DNA of 64,000 nt from Spirogloea muscicola (lineage: Eukaryota): the NCBI GenBank assembly GCA_009602725.1, contig WELB01000019.1, positions 435,219 to 499,218 of the forward strand, read 5' to 3'. Positions within the stretch are counted from its first letter, which is position 1. Every line of letters begins with the position of its first letter. Positions 10,644 through 22,594 of the stretch are shown here, piece by piece. Made by a program: the position numbers and the translations under genes. Below the pieces are notes generated by a model that saw only the letters and a program-made list of their open reading frames with translations, ran no database searches and was not told the DNA's origin.

Positions 10644-13247
10644 TAATAGACGCTGGCAAGGCGGCCCAGTGGCCCCGGTAAGGAAAGAGGCGTGCCATCC
10701 GCATGTAATGGAAGGAAGGCCAAGCCGAGCCACTTACAGTGGACCAGGCAAAGCGAGGGCGAAAGACGGGGCTGAGTGAAGGAGGTGGGGTCGGACGCCA
10801 CTGCAACGTCCGCCCAATTCAGGGTGTTCATGGTCCATGACCGCGACATTGTCCGCTAACGGCTGTTGAATGGGTATGATTCAGCTGGGTCCCGTAAGAG
10901 AAGCAAATGTATAGCTCAATTGCTTGGTCGCAAGTAGCATCGTTCTCACCCTCACCTGTCCATGTTCTGTGGGGTGGCCCTTCGCAGCCCTCGCCTGGCG
11001 TTGGACCAGCTGCTTTATTTCGCTCGCCCTCTGTCTGCCTGCATGAAGAAGCTCCCACTCGGATTCAGGCGCCTGAGAGTGGCCTGCAGACCTATAAAGT
11101 GCCCCTTGAAAGTCCGTCTTCATTGACGCTTGCGCGTCTTGATGTATATGGGTTTGATATGGTCTTGGTGCTGGGCTCAAGTAGCAATCTCCGCGTTTGA
11201 AGAGTCATTGATCAAAGGCAACGTGCACGGGCGCCTCTTCAAGTAACACCTGCGGGAAGTCCATCCAACTGCCACTCAAAGCACACCGTCAAGACCTGGT
11301 TGTCTGCAGTCGGCCTTGGGCATTGCCTTTTGGCAAGGCACACCTGCTGCACGACATGCTCACAAGCCATCCCCGGAGGCAAAGCCCGGCTGCACATGTT
11401 GACACCAGGAGCATTGGAGTGGCTGCGGGCTCTCAAATGAGGGCATGAGGGTTTACATACAATGAGCCACGTGCCTGGAACATCAAAAACACGTCTCTTG
11501 CCTCTCCTGTGCTCGGCATGTTTGACCTGGAGTAAGTGCGGCGCCGTTGGCAGAGAGTTGTTTGCATGGCCACTCACCTTCTCCGATGCAGCTGGGCAGT
11601 GAGCGCACTGGCTGTCAATACCTTCTGCAAGATGACGAAGTGCTATTGCGCAGGTGGCGGGGCTCCTGGGGAGCATCCGGGAATGCTCGCGCACTTCAGC
11701 AACGTTCTCTCAATCCATGTGCGCCGCGTGCCTCCCCCCTTAGGAACTTGGACCGACTGCACCTTAGCACCCAAATAAGGACTGAGATCAACATGATAGT
11801 CCCCAGCAAAGGGTTTGTTCTGATTTCCTCTCAGCTATCTCAACAGCGTTGCCAAGATCCACATGTCGGGCTTGAACTCTAGGTCCCCCCACAGCAGCTT
11901 ATCTTCAAGAAATGTCAGCGAGGACAACAACCGTGAGGAACCGCCTGACGTCCTAGGGGATTAGCCGCCGATCAATGTGCCTTATGCATTGCTGGCTCAC
12001 CAAGCTGACAAGCGGCCCTGCACACACAGCCTGTGGCGTCCATATCTTCAATGTGATGTTTAGCCTCGCGGGTGCTATTCCCATGTCTATCTAGAGCTCT
12101 CCAGCTCTCGCGCGCATCGCCATGCTGTTCATAGTCGACCAGCTGCCTCTGGCTGCGCATCTAACATTTGCTTACTTTTTCTTGCATCAATTGGCATTCT
12201 CTGTCTGCAGTTGGCTGGCCTTCACAGCCGCATCTCACACACTGTCAACCAGCGGAGGTCTTTGAGCTTACAGGTGCCTCCACCATGCCGACGTGACTTG
12301 CTGGCCATCTACACAGGGGCCGGCTGGATGGATGTCACTAAGTACGTCAAAACCATTTGGCAAGTGATGGGCCCCATGACTCTCTGTTTCCTGTTACGCT
12401 ACTTAAGGGATGGACAGGAACAAGATCACCATGAGCCAGGACCATATGCTGGCAACACGTTATCACTCTTAGATAGCAATGCATGCATCAGTAGTAGATG
12501 GCAGGTGCCAGTGTTCTTGGGGTGCTGGCAAGGGTGACCAGGAGCGATGCAGCGCTGATTTGGCACACCTGGGCCCTTGGTTCCTGGTGAACCTGGGCCC
12601 TTGGTTCCTGGTGAATGCACCTGTCCTGTCTCTTCAGCACTTACTAGTTCTCCAACTGCGTTGCCGTGGTAGTCCAGCTCTAGCAGACGTCTCTAGCTTG
12701 CCCCACTAAATTGGGCTCCAAATGTCTCAGCTTGTCGAACTTAATTGTGCTGACGGGGGGTCCTACGCGGTCAATACCCCATCTTCACCAGAAGCTTCAC
12801 CAGCAAAGAAGTATGTCCTGCTCATCTTTGTGCGAAAATGGCCCATTGACACCAGCAGGTGTTAATGGGCAATTACCCTGCTTTGGTAGTATGTATCCAC
12901 AATGTCACGCTGAAGCGGCAAAGTTGTGTGCAAGTGTCTCGTGGGAAGGGGGCCTATCAAAGGCATGTCACGATGCCCATGGTGATCCACCCCCCCCAAC
13001 ACCGCAGAGGTGCCACCACTGAACAAGGACTTGCGCCCTCTTTGGACCTGCTGCCAGTACCCTGAGCTCCTCCACGGCTGCCAAGGTGACACAACAGGCG
13101 GCGTGGCATGGGGCACCCTTCTGTGCCATGCATCCCCAAGCAACATGTCTGAACGCAAGGTGCCTGCACAGTCCTCCAGTCTGCTCTTGCATTCAAGAGT
13201 CACAGATGTCGCAGCCGAGAATGCACAGGAGCAGGACACTCACATCC

Positions 13248-16200
13248 TCATGGAGGAGGTTTGGATGTTGGCCTTGTGTCCAGATTCTCAGTCTGTGTGC
13301 CAGCCTCTGCACCTTGTGCTTCCTCGTCTTGAGGTTGTGCAACGCTGGCAGGACTGGTGGTGTTGGTGCCCTGAGATCCTTGAATCACCTCGTCTACCAT
13401 CTCAATCTCCGGGAGAGTGCTGATCCTAGCTCCACTTGATGTCTGTGGAACAGAGGGTGCAGTGTCACTTCTTGTCTGATGCCCAGTCTGTGGCCAAGCA
13501 GGCCCAGTCTCACTTCCACTTTCACCTGGTGGGTTGATATATGTAGCAGCTTCGCTCGTGCTCCCTTCCTGTGCAACAGCTGCCCCTTGTGACTTACTGC
13601 GCTCCTCTGCAGCGTCACATACATCGGCACTTGCAAGAGGAGTCGAAGCAGCAGGCTCGCTATTCATGTCTCCATGTGCAGTGGCTGCCCCTTCCTCTGC
13701 ACTGTCCTGGTCAATTTCAACCGGCTTCTTTACAGAGGACTTCTCCCTCCACTTCTGGGCTACTTTGTGTGCTGCTTTGTTGGGATTCACAGGTCTTGCC
13801 TCTCCAGCTGTATCTCCCATCTCCACGTCCTTCCCTTGCTTGGACTTGTGCCCAAACCAGGAGCCTTGCTTCTTCTCCTTGTGGGGTGCCTCTGTCAGAA
13901 GCTTGGCGATAAGATCGTCCCAGGATATCTTGCCTCTCTCTTCGCTGTCTGCTTCATCTAGCTCCGTCAAAACCTCTGACCGCCCGCTTTCTGAAAAGCT
14001 TTCATCCCTTGTCGGAGACTGAGCTTGCCTGTCCAGGTTGCCGGCGACCTTCATAGAAGCGGCCCTATCAAGGGCTCCATCGTGCTCGTCATCTTGTGTC
14101 TTTTTGACAGACTTTTGTCGGTCCATCCTCTGCAGGTCAGGGGGTTTTGTCATCTCCACCTGCTCCTTCTCCTCCATCAACTGCACAGGGCTGTAACTAC
14201 TCTCAGAACAGGCCCCTTGCTCTTGTTGCTACACTGTCAACGCCATGTCTGTAGTGCATACACCAGATCTGGTCCATGCGTCCGGCTGCCAGCAGTCTCA
14301 CTTGGATGGTTAGACGAGCTCTGAGCCAGGTTGGTCAAAGATTACCTCTACTGCCCTGCCCGCAACTTCTTCCATGAGCGTCAGGGAATGGTGCGCACAA
14401 GCGTGTCCTGAGCATACGATATGCTCAAAGCGGCCATCCACTGGAATTGCAGTCCTCACAATGGGGTCAACCGGGTGGCATCTGCTTGGCATACCACGTC
14501 AGCCAGCATCAGAGCAAGTCAAAGACAGCCAATCATGAGGGAAACTCGCGAACATCGCTAATGAACCGCCCGAAAGAGGCAGCATGTAAAACCTTGTAGC
14601 CCTCCTCAGAAATGAAGTTAGGGAATAAAAGGATCAAAGGAATCAATGCAAGTGCCTTAAGCAGTGCACTCCACAACCATCAACTCAAGGTGCACCAATC
14701 TGCCCAACATTACAGTGAGCATGTCTCTAAAATGGAATCATGAAGCAGATAAGAAGTTCCCCGGAGAGCCGACTGAACCCTACAAGATTGTTCCTTATGA
14801 CAAACATTGAGTCATGCCTGTCAGAGAGCAGGCGCTGGCCATCACTAGCAACTCACACAAGTCTTCGTCGGTTCACAACATGGTAAAGACGGCCAGGTGA
14901 ATACAGCCGACGAGGGTCCCGGAGGAGTTTCTTGTCTGAGATGAAAGTATCCTGCAAGCAAGAGTAGACCAGCAAGCACGGGAGACTGCGACAAAGACAG
15001 CGGCATGGCACATACACGCTCAGGTGCTAGCTGACTGAACCCAATAGGCAGCCTGTTCGCCAGTCAGCCAGCAAGACAATGGACAAGCTTCTTAGGCAAC
15101 CCTGCCCAACAGCTACCAATATCCAAAACATGCAAATGCGCATGTTCTCCTACAGCTGCTGTATTGTTTTTGGTAAGAAGTTGGGACCATTGTACGGACA
15201 AAGACAAGCTCACAGAGGGGGCGAACAAAAAGATGCAGGTCACGGTGCACTGAAACAGACGCCTTGTCTGACTCCAAAAGAATGGGAGTTGTTCTTACCA
15301 AAAGGCAGCTCCGAATATGACTTGCAACGGAGTAGAGGTTCGTGGCAGAAAGTCGTCCTGGAGGACAATGGATCTGATTGTATCTGCATAGCGAACACAC
15401 TGCCATGCAATGCAGATGAGGAAGGGGGACCCAGCAACACTCGAGGTCTTGAGGTCATGGAAGAAAGAGAGCTAGCAGAACAGAGATAGCTGGACGCCTT
15501 TGAGCAAGGGCGCCAGCTTTATGTGATTGCGGGCTTAAACAGCTGGGAAGAAGCAGTGTACATCAAGAAGCTTCACATCAGTACGGGACTCACCAGATTG
15601 AGGGACATGCTCCTGGCTGGAGCAACACCATAGACACGGATGTTCTTCCTCGAGAACTTCCCAAGCCGCTTCTTGTTGTTGACCAAGACCACTGCCATCA
15701 GAGCGGCTATGCCAGAGCCTAGGGAGTGGCCAGCCAATGTGAGCGTGTAGCCCGGGTGCTTGTGCAGCAGGCTCAAGATCGTGTCGAACTCCTGCTCCAG
15801 CAGGTAACCAGCAGCATCCAGAAGTCCATGGTGTGCGTAACCCCCGTCAAACATCTGCAGAGACTTGATCTAGGGTTCAGATACTAGGTCAGCAGGCTTT
15901 GCGGCTAACAGAAACAAGGTCTGAGCTAGTGCAGTATGCTGCACTGCTTGCGACATAGTACTGCAAGGGGTTTGAGCCGAAGGTGCACTGAAATCACAGT
16001 GCAGCCGACACAGCAGTGACAGTGTTCAGGGTGCTAGGGCTCAGGGTCTCAGGTTTCCAGCCAAAGTAAGATGGACTCTTCGATATGGTCGGGTGGCCGG
16101 TTTCTTGCTACCTGCTGACCCTTCTTGTTATTCAAGAGGAGGCCATAATCCGACTTCTGACCGAGGTGCAGGCCGCGGATGGCGAGTGCCACATCACAGG

Positions 16201-16796
16201 CCTCGTGGTCAATGTAGATCATGTACGAGGGGCAGCGCCCGCCCGTTTCCTTGTAGTCCACACGCTTGACCACGTTGTCGGGGTTCAGCCTGGCGAGAAG
16301 TTGGACAAGACAGCGACTCTGGCTGTGACGGGCGGGCGTTGCCGGAGAGTTGCAGTTGAGATGCTTGCAGTTGAGAGGGCTCACGGCCTGCTTCTGAGGG
16401 GCTTACGCCTTCCCTGCGAGCGGGAGTTCCGGGCAATGAGATGAGGACTCCACACTGGGTGTCATACCTGTCGGCGTACTTGGGGTGGGCCACATCGTTC
16501 TCGTACACTGCCAGGATGATGCGGCAGATGCGCGGCACGTCCCGGAACTCCTGCGCCGTCGCCTCGGGCCAGCCCTTGCTGGACTGCGGAGCAGCTCCAA
16601 GGAGGGCGCCGCGGCAGGCGGGCCCCGGCGTCAGAAGGGGGGCGCACGTCCAGCGCGCGGGGCGGGCGCGGCAGAGAGGGGCAGCTGCAGGGCTCACCTG
16701 GGAGCCGTGGAGGGAGCAGCGGCGGAAGGTCCAGGCGGCGCACCAGCAGGCGGCGGCGATCTCGCAGACGGGTACGAGGGCCAGCAGGCAGGCCAT
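13248..16796 (-). CDS. Lipase class 3 family protein (mono-/diacylglycerol lipase-like N-terminus), multi-exon, long low-complexity C-terminus
   Basis: WPEATAQEFRDVPRICRIILAVYE, YMIYIDHEACDVALAIRGL, FDGGYAHHGLL, catalytic LAGHSLGSG, VLQDDFLPR, DPRRLYSPGRLYHVV and PVDGRFEHIV. Confidence 0.9.
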
Positions 16797-16879
16797 GGCG
16801 GGCAGGGCGCATTCATGGACGCGGGCGGCTTGGCGCGGGGGGGCAGGCCTGCGGCCCCTCCCCTGCTGCAGCTCCCAGA

Positions 16880-17258
16880 GAGCTTTACAGACCTGACCTG
16901 GCCGTCTCGCTGCAGAGGGGCTATGGCGTTGCACCTTCGTGCCGGCAGAGCTCTCGCTGCTGCCTCTTGCTCTGGCCAGGGGACCCACTTCCACGAGCCT
17001 AGCATCTCCGACCTGCGGTTGCTTACGAGAAAGCGCGGCCAGATTGACTAGTGGCTGGGAAAGGCCAGCCCAAAAGAATGGACAAGGTCTGAGGGAGCTT
17101 GAGTGCTTAGCAGAGGTTACTGAGTGATTCGTAGCTGCTTTTTTCTCTGTGTGCTTGTTTTCCTTAGCGCTCCCCCTGGCCCCCTTCTCGTACTCTGTTC
17201 ATTCTTTTTTGGGCTGGCTTTTCCAGCCCCTATTCTCAAGGGGCGAGCACTTTCTTCT
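16880..17258 (+). mobile_element. Subfamily-3 element interrupted by an inverted subfamily-5 fragment (17026-17103)
   Basis: AVSLQRG..ALHLRAGRALAAAS...SISDLRLL[insert]SRGY* plus UTR. TGCTTA is duplicated at 17020-17025 and 17104-17109. The insert matches 56930-57020. Confidence 0.8.
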
Positions 17259-17850
17259 ATGGCCCGCGCGATGCACTTTCGACCCAGCAGAGCCCTCGCT
17301 GCTGCCTCTGGCCCCTATTCTCAATGGGCGAGCACTTTCTTCTGGCCACGGCCAGGGGACCCACTTACAGGAGCCTAGCATCTCTGATCTGCGGCTGCTT
17401 AGCAGGAAGATGAGCTCGCCCATAGAAGAGAGGGGCTGGCAGAACAGCCAAAAAGAATGGACAAAATCCAAAAGAAGGGAAACACACTAGCTAGGCATCG
17501 AGACAACTAGACATGACGGAACCACACGAAGTTCAAAACCCGCGGGTGAGCAACATCAGGTCAGAGTAGCTCGAAGCTGGAAAAGATGCAGCCGGACGAG
17601 ACCCGGAAGCAGCAACAAGAGCACGGCCTGCGCGCGAGTGGACGGCATGGGCTAGGGAGCGTTGAAGGGACACGGAGAGCCGCATCCGGAAAACCTGGGC
17701 AGGGGTTACTGGGTGATTCGTAGCTGCTTAGTTTCTTTGTGTGCTTGCTTTTCTTAGCGCTTCCCCTGGCCCCCTTCTCGTACTCTGTTCATTTTTTTCT
17801 TGGGCTGGCTTCTCCAGCCCCTATCCTCAATGGGCGAGCACTTTCTTCTT
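17259..17850 (+). mobile_element. Second tandem subfamily-3 element with two nested insertions (17313-17340 and 17407-17698)
   Basis: RALAAASG[28-bp insert, TCTGGC duplicated at 17307-17312 and 17341-17346]HGQGTHLQEPSISDLRLLSR[inverted element, GCAGG duplicated at 17402-17406 and 17699-17703]GY plus the same UTR as 17124-17258. Confidence 0.8.
17407..17698 (-). mobile_element. Nested inverted element of a further subfamily
   Basis: Minus strand encodes FRMRLSVSLQRSLAHAVHSRAGRALVAASG...SYSDLMLLTRGF* (stop at 17533-17535). Its own UTR ends CCAGCCCCTCTCTTCTATGGGCGAGCTCATCTT. Confidence 0.8.
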
Positions 17851-17883
17851 TCCCTTTCGGAAGCAGTGAGCTCTTCCAAAGTT

Positions 17884-17981
17884 CCTGAGCGGATCGGTTC
17901 AGCAGCAGGTGATGTACATCTTTCAATGTACTTGTACTTGGCCTCTCAGGCCCTTCATCACTCAGTACACACGCCATTCTT
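17884..17981 (+). mobile_element. 3' UTR-only fragment of subfamily 1
   Basis: TGAGCGGATC..CAGCAGCAGGTGATGTACAT...TGTACTTGGCC...CACACGCCATTCTT aligns with 7491-7593. Confidence 0.65.
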
Positions 17982-18289
17982 CGGAGGAGAGAGAAGGCGC
18001 GCGATGCGCACGAAATGTAAGCGTGGCCAAATATTATGCCTATACACTGCCAGAGTTGCCTATACAAGGGGGCGGAGGCTGTGAAAAGCCAGCCCAGAAC
18101 GTTTGAAAAATACTGGAGGAGCTTCTCTTTCAGCCAAAGCAGCTTCCACCCTTCTCGGTGTTACGAGCTTTTCGGTCTTCTGGGATGATTGGGATAATTG
18201 CAGCAGCCCCAAAAAGTAGTACGGCTTGTGACACTCGTGCACGAGCAAGGCTCGTGCCACTCGATCTCTTTCCATCCACGTCGTGGCTT

Positions 18290-18530
18290 TCCCCTGAGTC
18301 CTTGTGTGTCGCATGCAGCTTTCCATCTCCCCTGCAGCCCTCTTTGGCAGGGGGACTGCTATTCCAGCCATCGCCCTCTAATGGAAGAGTCTATCTCTAT
18401 GACCGATCATTGTCCAGTCCTTTTGGGCTGTCCTTCGTGTTCTCTTATCGGGCTGGCTTTTCCCTGCCCTCGCCCCCGTCTGCATGAGCTAACTTCCTCT
18501 TTTCTGATTTTGGGCTGGCTTCTCTCAAAG
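18290..18530 (+). mobile_element. Older degenerate element remnants
   Basis: TGTCGCATGCAGCTTTCCATCTCCCCTGCAGCCCTCTTTGGCA resembles the RMRLSMSLQRS-coding block. It is followed by several TTTTGGGCTG(G/T)C terminal-motif relics. Confidence 0.45.
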
Positions 18531-19049
18531 CCAATAAGAAGAATAGCTCGCCTGCGGGCCTCAACCACACGGGGTGCTTGCTACACATCCTTGCCGTCAG
18601 CGCCCCCCCCTCTCCCCCCCCCCCCCATGTTTGGCAAAGCTGCCGCCCACTGCTGCCCCCGCTTGCTCTTGAGTCTGAGACACAGCCCAACTGCGCTGCA
18701 GGCGCTTCAAGTCAACCCAACTCCAACCCCCTGCAAGTCAGAGTGAGCGATATCCTAACAACACCCCTGCTACCATATCATGCTGCTGACGTTCCCTGCT
18801 GGCAGGCCACCACTATGACATCCTCAAAGCAGCTATCTCTCACAATAAGACTTGCGCTGTGCTTAGTGAAAGGGCTGCATGTATTAAGGCTTGCCCAGGA
18901 ATTTTCGACTTCCAGCGCATGGGCAAAAGAGCCCTGTAAAGCACCAAAATACAAGAGCCAGCAGAGCTTGGCACCCACATCCACCATTGGGCACAGCCAG
19001 CAAGCAGAGTGTGGTCTCTTCCAAGAACTGGACCGCAACTCCAGCGTCC

Positions 19050-21862
19050 CTAGAAGCCAAAGAGCCCCAGCTCCGTTTGTCTCTCCTTGTCAAAGGTCTC
19101 AAAGTATTGGTAGATGATGGTCACGGCCAACAGAATGCCCGTACCCGACCCAATGGCTCCCATGAAGTCAGCCACAACTGTGAGAGCACCAATGCACATG
19201 CCACCGAAGGCTGCAGCAGTTGGGATGTACCGGTTGAGCTCCTTTTGAAGATTGGACTCACGGTGGCCTGGCATCACCATTTGTTGCTCCTGTAAGGCAG
19301 GAGTAAAGGGGGGGTTGGAGTCGGGGAGGGGTGATTGAGTACAAGAGTTGTGTTAGATTGCCATGCAGACAAATGTAGCCCATGGCCTCTCAAATAGTCA
19401 GCCAGCAGGCTGCAGGTGAGGAGATATCAACAGCAGTCACGATGGGGGCATATCAGTTGCATGCAGGAAGTTCCTTGTCTTCTTTCAGTACCTTCAGTTG
19501 CTTCGCGACATCGCGGGCAGATGAACCGGACACCTCAATCCATGTCTTGGAGAAAAGGGCACAGGCCGTCAACATGAATGTGAGGTAGAACAGCGCATGG
19601 AACGGGTTTGCTGCAATGTCTGCCAAGCTGCAAGGAACGTCGCACGTGACAGAGTCGTAAGTGACAGGGTCAGCAGCGGACGTCCCCCCACAGAGGATAG
19701 TCTAATTGACTCACATGCTGGAGCACTCTGGATTGAATCACATTCCTTTGCTCCGGTCTTGCAGATACACAAGCAGCACAGGGCAACCTTCAAGATTTCA
19801 TGCCTGCCCACCTTGACGGAGGAGTGATGTAATAGACAAGTCCGCCAACAGGAATGAGTTGCCCGCTCTGGGAGAACTCCGACTCTTGCCACTTGCCAAG
19901 CAATTGGACAAGGAAGAAGTTGCCATATCGCTTATACAGCAGCTGCAAGAAACCCACACATGTTCATGTGTGCACTGATGCCTCTTCGGCAAGGCATGCT
20001 ACCGCCTCTTATGGTTGGTCGAGCAATGCAGCACCAGACTGTCGGCAGTCCCAAGCGCAAGTCCGCTGGCTTGACCCACCACCTTAGCGCCTTCCAGCTC
20101 AGACTGATGGGCAATTGCGCTGCTTGACTTTCGGCGTTGTCAAGCAAACTGCCTCATCAGCTGCACTTCTGAAGGTCCTGACGGAGGTGCATCCTCCATC
20201 TAGCTACCAAGACAGTCTGAGCTAGCTCACCTGAGAGATGAAGTAGAGGTTTGACACCAAGGCTGACTGCAGAATGATGGGCATGTTGGATGTGTAGAAG
20301 AGCTTGATGGGATACGAGCCCTGCTGGCCGCGAGCACTCTTTGAGCGGACGGGCAGAACGACGCGAAAGCCCTGGAAGTAGATGACGATCAGGAAGACGA
20401 GGACAGTGGCAAGGAGGTTCGTCACGTTCGGAAGGTTCTGCCGGTAGAATGCCTCCTTCAGAGCGCGGACCTGCAAATCGAAGTCTTCAAAGTCAGGTGT
20501 GGTAGGTGAGGCTGCTTCTTGGGCAGTGCCCAGGCCTAGCTCGCCCAGAACTTGGACGGACGCGCTTACCAGCCTCCTCTGGCCATCAGCACTGACCTCT
20601 CTTCTCAACAATGACTTGTCCTCACCTTGTCGGTGCGGGTAATGAGGAGGTGGAAGAGTGCAATAACAGCACCCTCGAATTCAGCTCCTCTCCCACTGTT
20701 GATGGTGGTCGGGCTGAAAGCCTTCCAGATGATGTTCTCGCTGTGGCCAGAGCAGGTGGAAGGCAAATTAGGTCACATGGGATCACCATTAATCAAGGGG
20801 ACAGTCAAGGTATGGCCAGGTCCAAATCCCTTCCTCTTCCCCTTCTTCCCACCGCCTACTGGCAGAGCGCTACGCCCTCCCGAAGCGCCCGACTACTGAT
20901 GATCTGCTGTCAAATTCACGGCAGTGAGAGGCGCGCCCTAGCAGAGCCTTCCTTCACATGGCCAGCACAATAGACCACAATGCAGCAGGCCTGCAATGAA
21001 GAGGGTCTCCTGATGAAGGACCTCTGTCGATGGTCGGCCCCGTGTTTGGCCAGTGGCAGATGGGCTGCGAGTAGCATGGTCAGACATGATAGTCCAACAC
21101 TTGGGAGCCCGCTACTTGTCACGCGGTGAGCCATGCACACCAGGCTCACCAGATGTTGGTGGCGATGAAGAGGGAGATGCCAGAACCGAGGCCGTAGCCT
21201 TTCTGGAGGAGCTCGTCCAGGCAGATGACGATGATGCCCGCGAAGAAGAGCTGGATGATGATGAGGATGGCATTGCCCGCGCCAAGGTCGCGGACGTCGC
21301 CGTACATGCCCGAGAGTACGTAGGCAACGGCCTCGCCGATGGTGATCATCACGCCCAAGAGCTTCTGCGCCCCATTGCTGCGGGGGCGAGGCAAGCAGCG
21401 CAGCGGAGTGGCGTGAGGAAGAGGAGGAGGAGGCTGCCAGCCGGAAGCGCACGGTCCAAACGGGCCGGAACAGGCGCCTAGGTGAGAGCAGGCGCAGAAG
21501 AGAGGGGCAGCCACTGACAGGAGCGCGCGGTCCTCCTTGACGCTGTTGTCGACCTCGATGATCTTGGCGCCGGCGAGGAGCTGCATGACGAGGCCCGAGG
21601 TGACGATGGGCGTGATGCCGAGCTCCATGACGGTGCCGCGGTTGGAGGCGAGGATGACGCGCATCCAGTAGAAGGGGTCGGAGCCCGTGGCGGAGTGGAT
21701 GCCGTAGAGCGGCAGCTGGGAGCAGACAAGGAAGATGAAGAGCGACACGACGGTGTACAAGAACTTCTCGCGGAACGGCACGCGGCGGTCCGCGGTCTGC
21801 ACCTCCGGCAGAAAGTGCAGGAACGGCCGCACCAGGTGGAGCAGCCGGAAGCCGCCCGCCAT
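19050..21862 (-). CDS. SEC61A: Protein transport protein Sec61 subunit alpha, multi-exon
   Basis: [21 protein letters not shown]..., [41 protein letters not shown] and [14 protein letters not shown]...[18 protein letters not shown]. Confidence 0.97.
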
Positions 21863-21957
21863 GGCGGCGCGGCGGCGGGGCGAGGAGCTGGCGGAGGAGA
21901 GGGGTTTGGCGGGGCTGGCGGGCCGGCGGGGCGGCCGGCTGGCAGGGGCAAAAGGGA

Positions 21958-22350
21958 GGAAAGCGGCTGCTGATGTTAAAGAATCGGCTGTAAACTGCCA
22001 GCCAGATGCATACAGGTGTTCATGACGGAGCCGTAGGCTAGGCAGACAGGGCGCCCTCAATACCCCCGTGTCAGCAGTAGGAAGTCAGATGAGCTGAGGG
22101 GAGGAAGAGCAACCCCGCTGCGCAAGCCAGAGGCTGCTGCAAGGGCGCGACCAGCGCGGCGGTGCAAAGCAAGCGCTTGGGAGCGCTGCAGGGACATGGA
22201 CAGTCGCATACGGTAGCAGGACACCAGACCCAAAGGCACCGAGTTACCGGGAAGGGCAGCACCCCGCCGGGTGGTCCTTGGAGGAAAGCGGCTGCTGATG
22301 TTAAAGAATCGGCTGCAAACTGCCAGCCAGATGCATACAGGTGGTCATAC
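21958..22350 (-). mobile_element. Two head-to-tail subfamily-4 copies (about 21958-22275 and 22283-22350) in the Sec61a/endosulfine divergent promoter
   Basis: YRMRLSMSLQRSQALALHRRAGRALAAASG...[12 protein letters not shown] (stop at 22057-22059). UTR CCTGTATGCATCTGGCTGGCAGTTT...AACATCAGCAGCCGCTTTCCTCC is present twice. Confidence 0.85.
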
Positions 22351-22594
22351 GGGAAAAAAGGGGGGTCGTCGTCAACCCCTCGTCGGCCTGCGGACGGCCG
22401 TTCACGCCCATCCACCGCCTTCGGAACAGCTTCGTCTTCGTTGTGGCCTTGTGGGGCGAGAAGACTCCCACCGTTTGCCCAGCCTGTGGCTACTCCGCTC
22501 GTCAGAAGGCTACGACGAAGTCCAAGTCCGGCCCCGTGCGGCCACCCGGCTGCCTGGCTGGCTCCAAGCGAGCCGCGCGGCGCCGCGGCGCGCC

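Noticed and set aside
17205..17258. GGGCTGG..CCAGCCC motif as a genomic target site or a plain TCP site-II promoter element
   Set aside because: Its distal part occurs as a TSD-flanked insert at 17313-17340 and it usually follows element UTRs, so it is part of the element. A secondary regulatory role is not excluded.
16940..17850. Clustered repeats with spacers as a CRISPR-like array
   Set aside because: The context is eukaryotic, the lengths are irregular and there are no cas genes. The repeats resolve into nested retroelement ends with TSDs.
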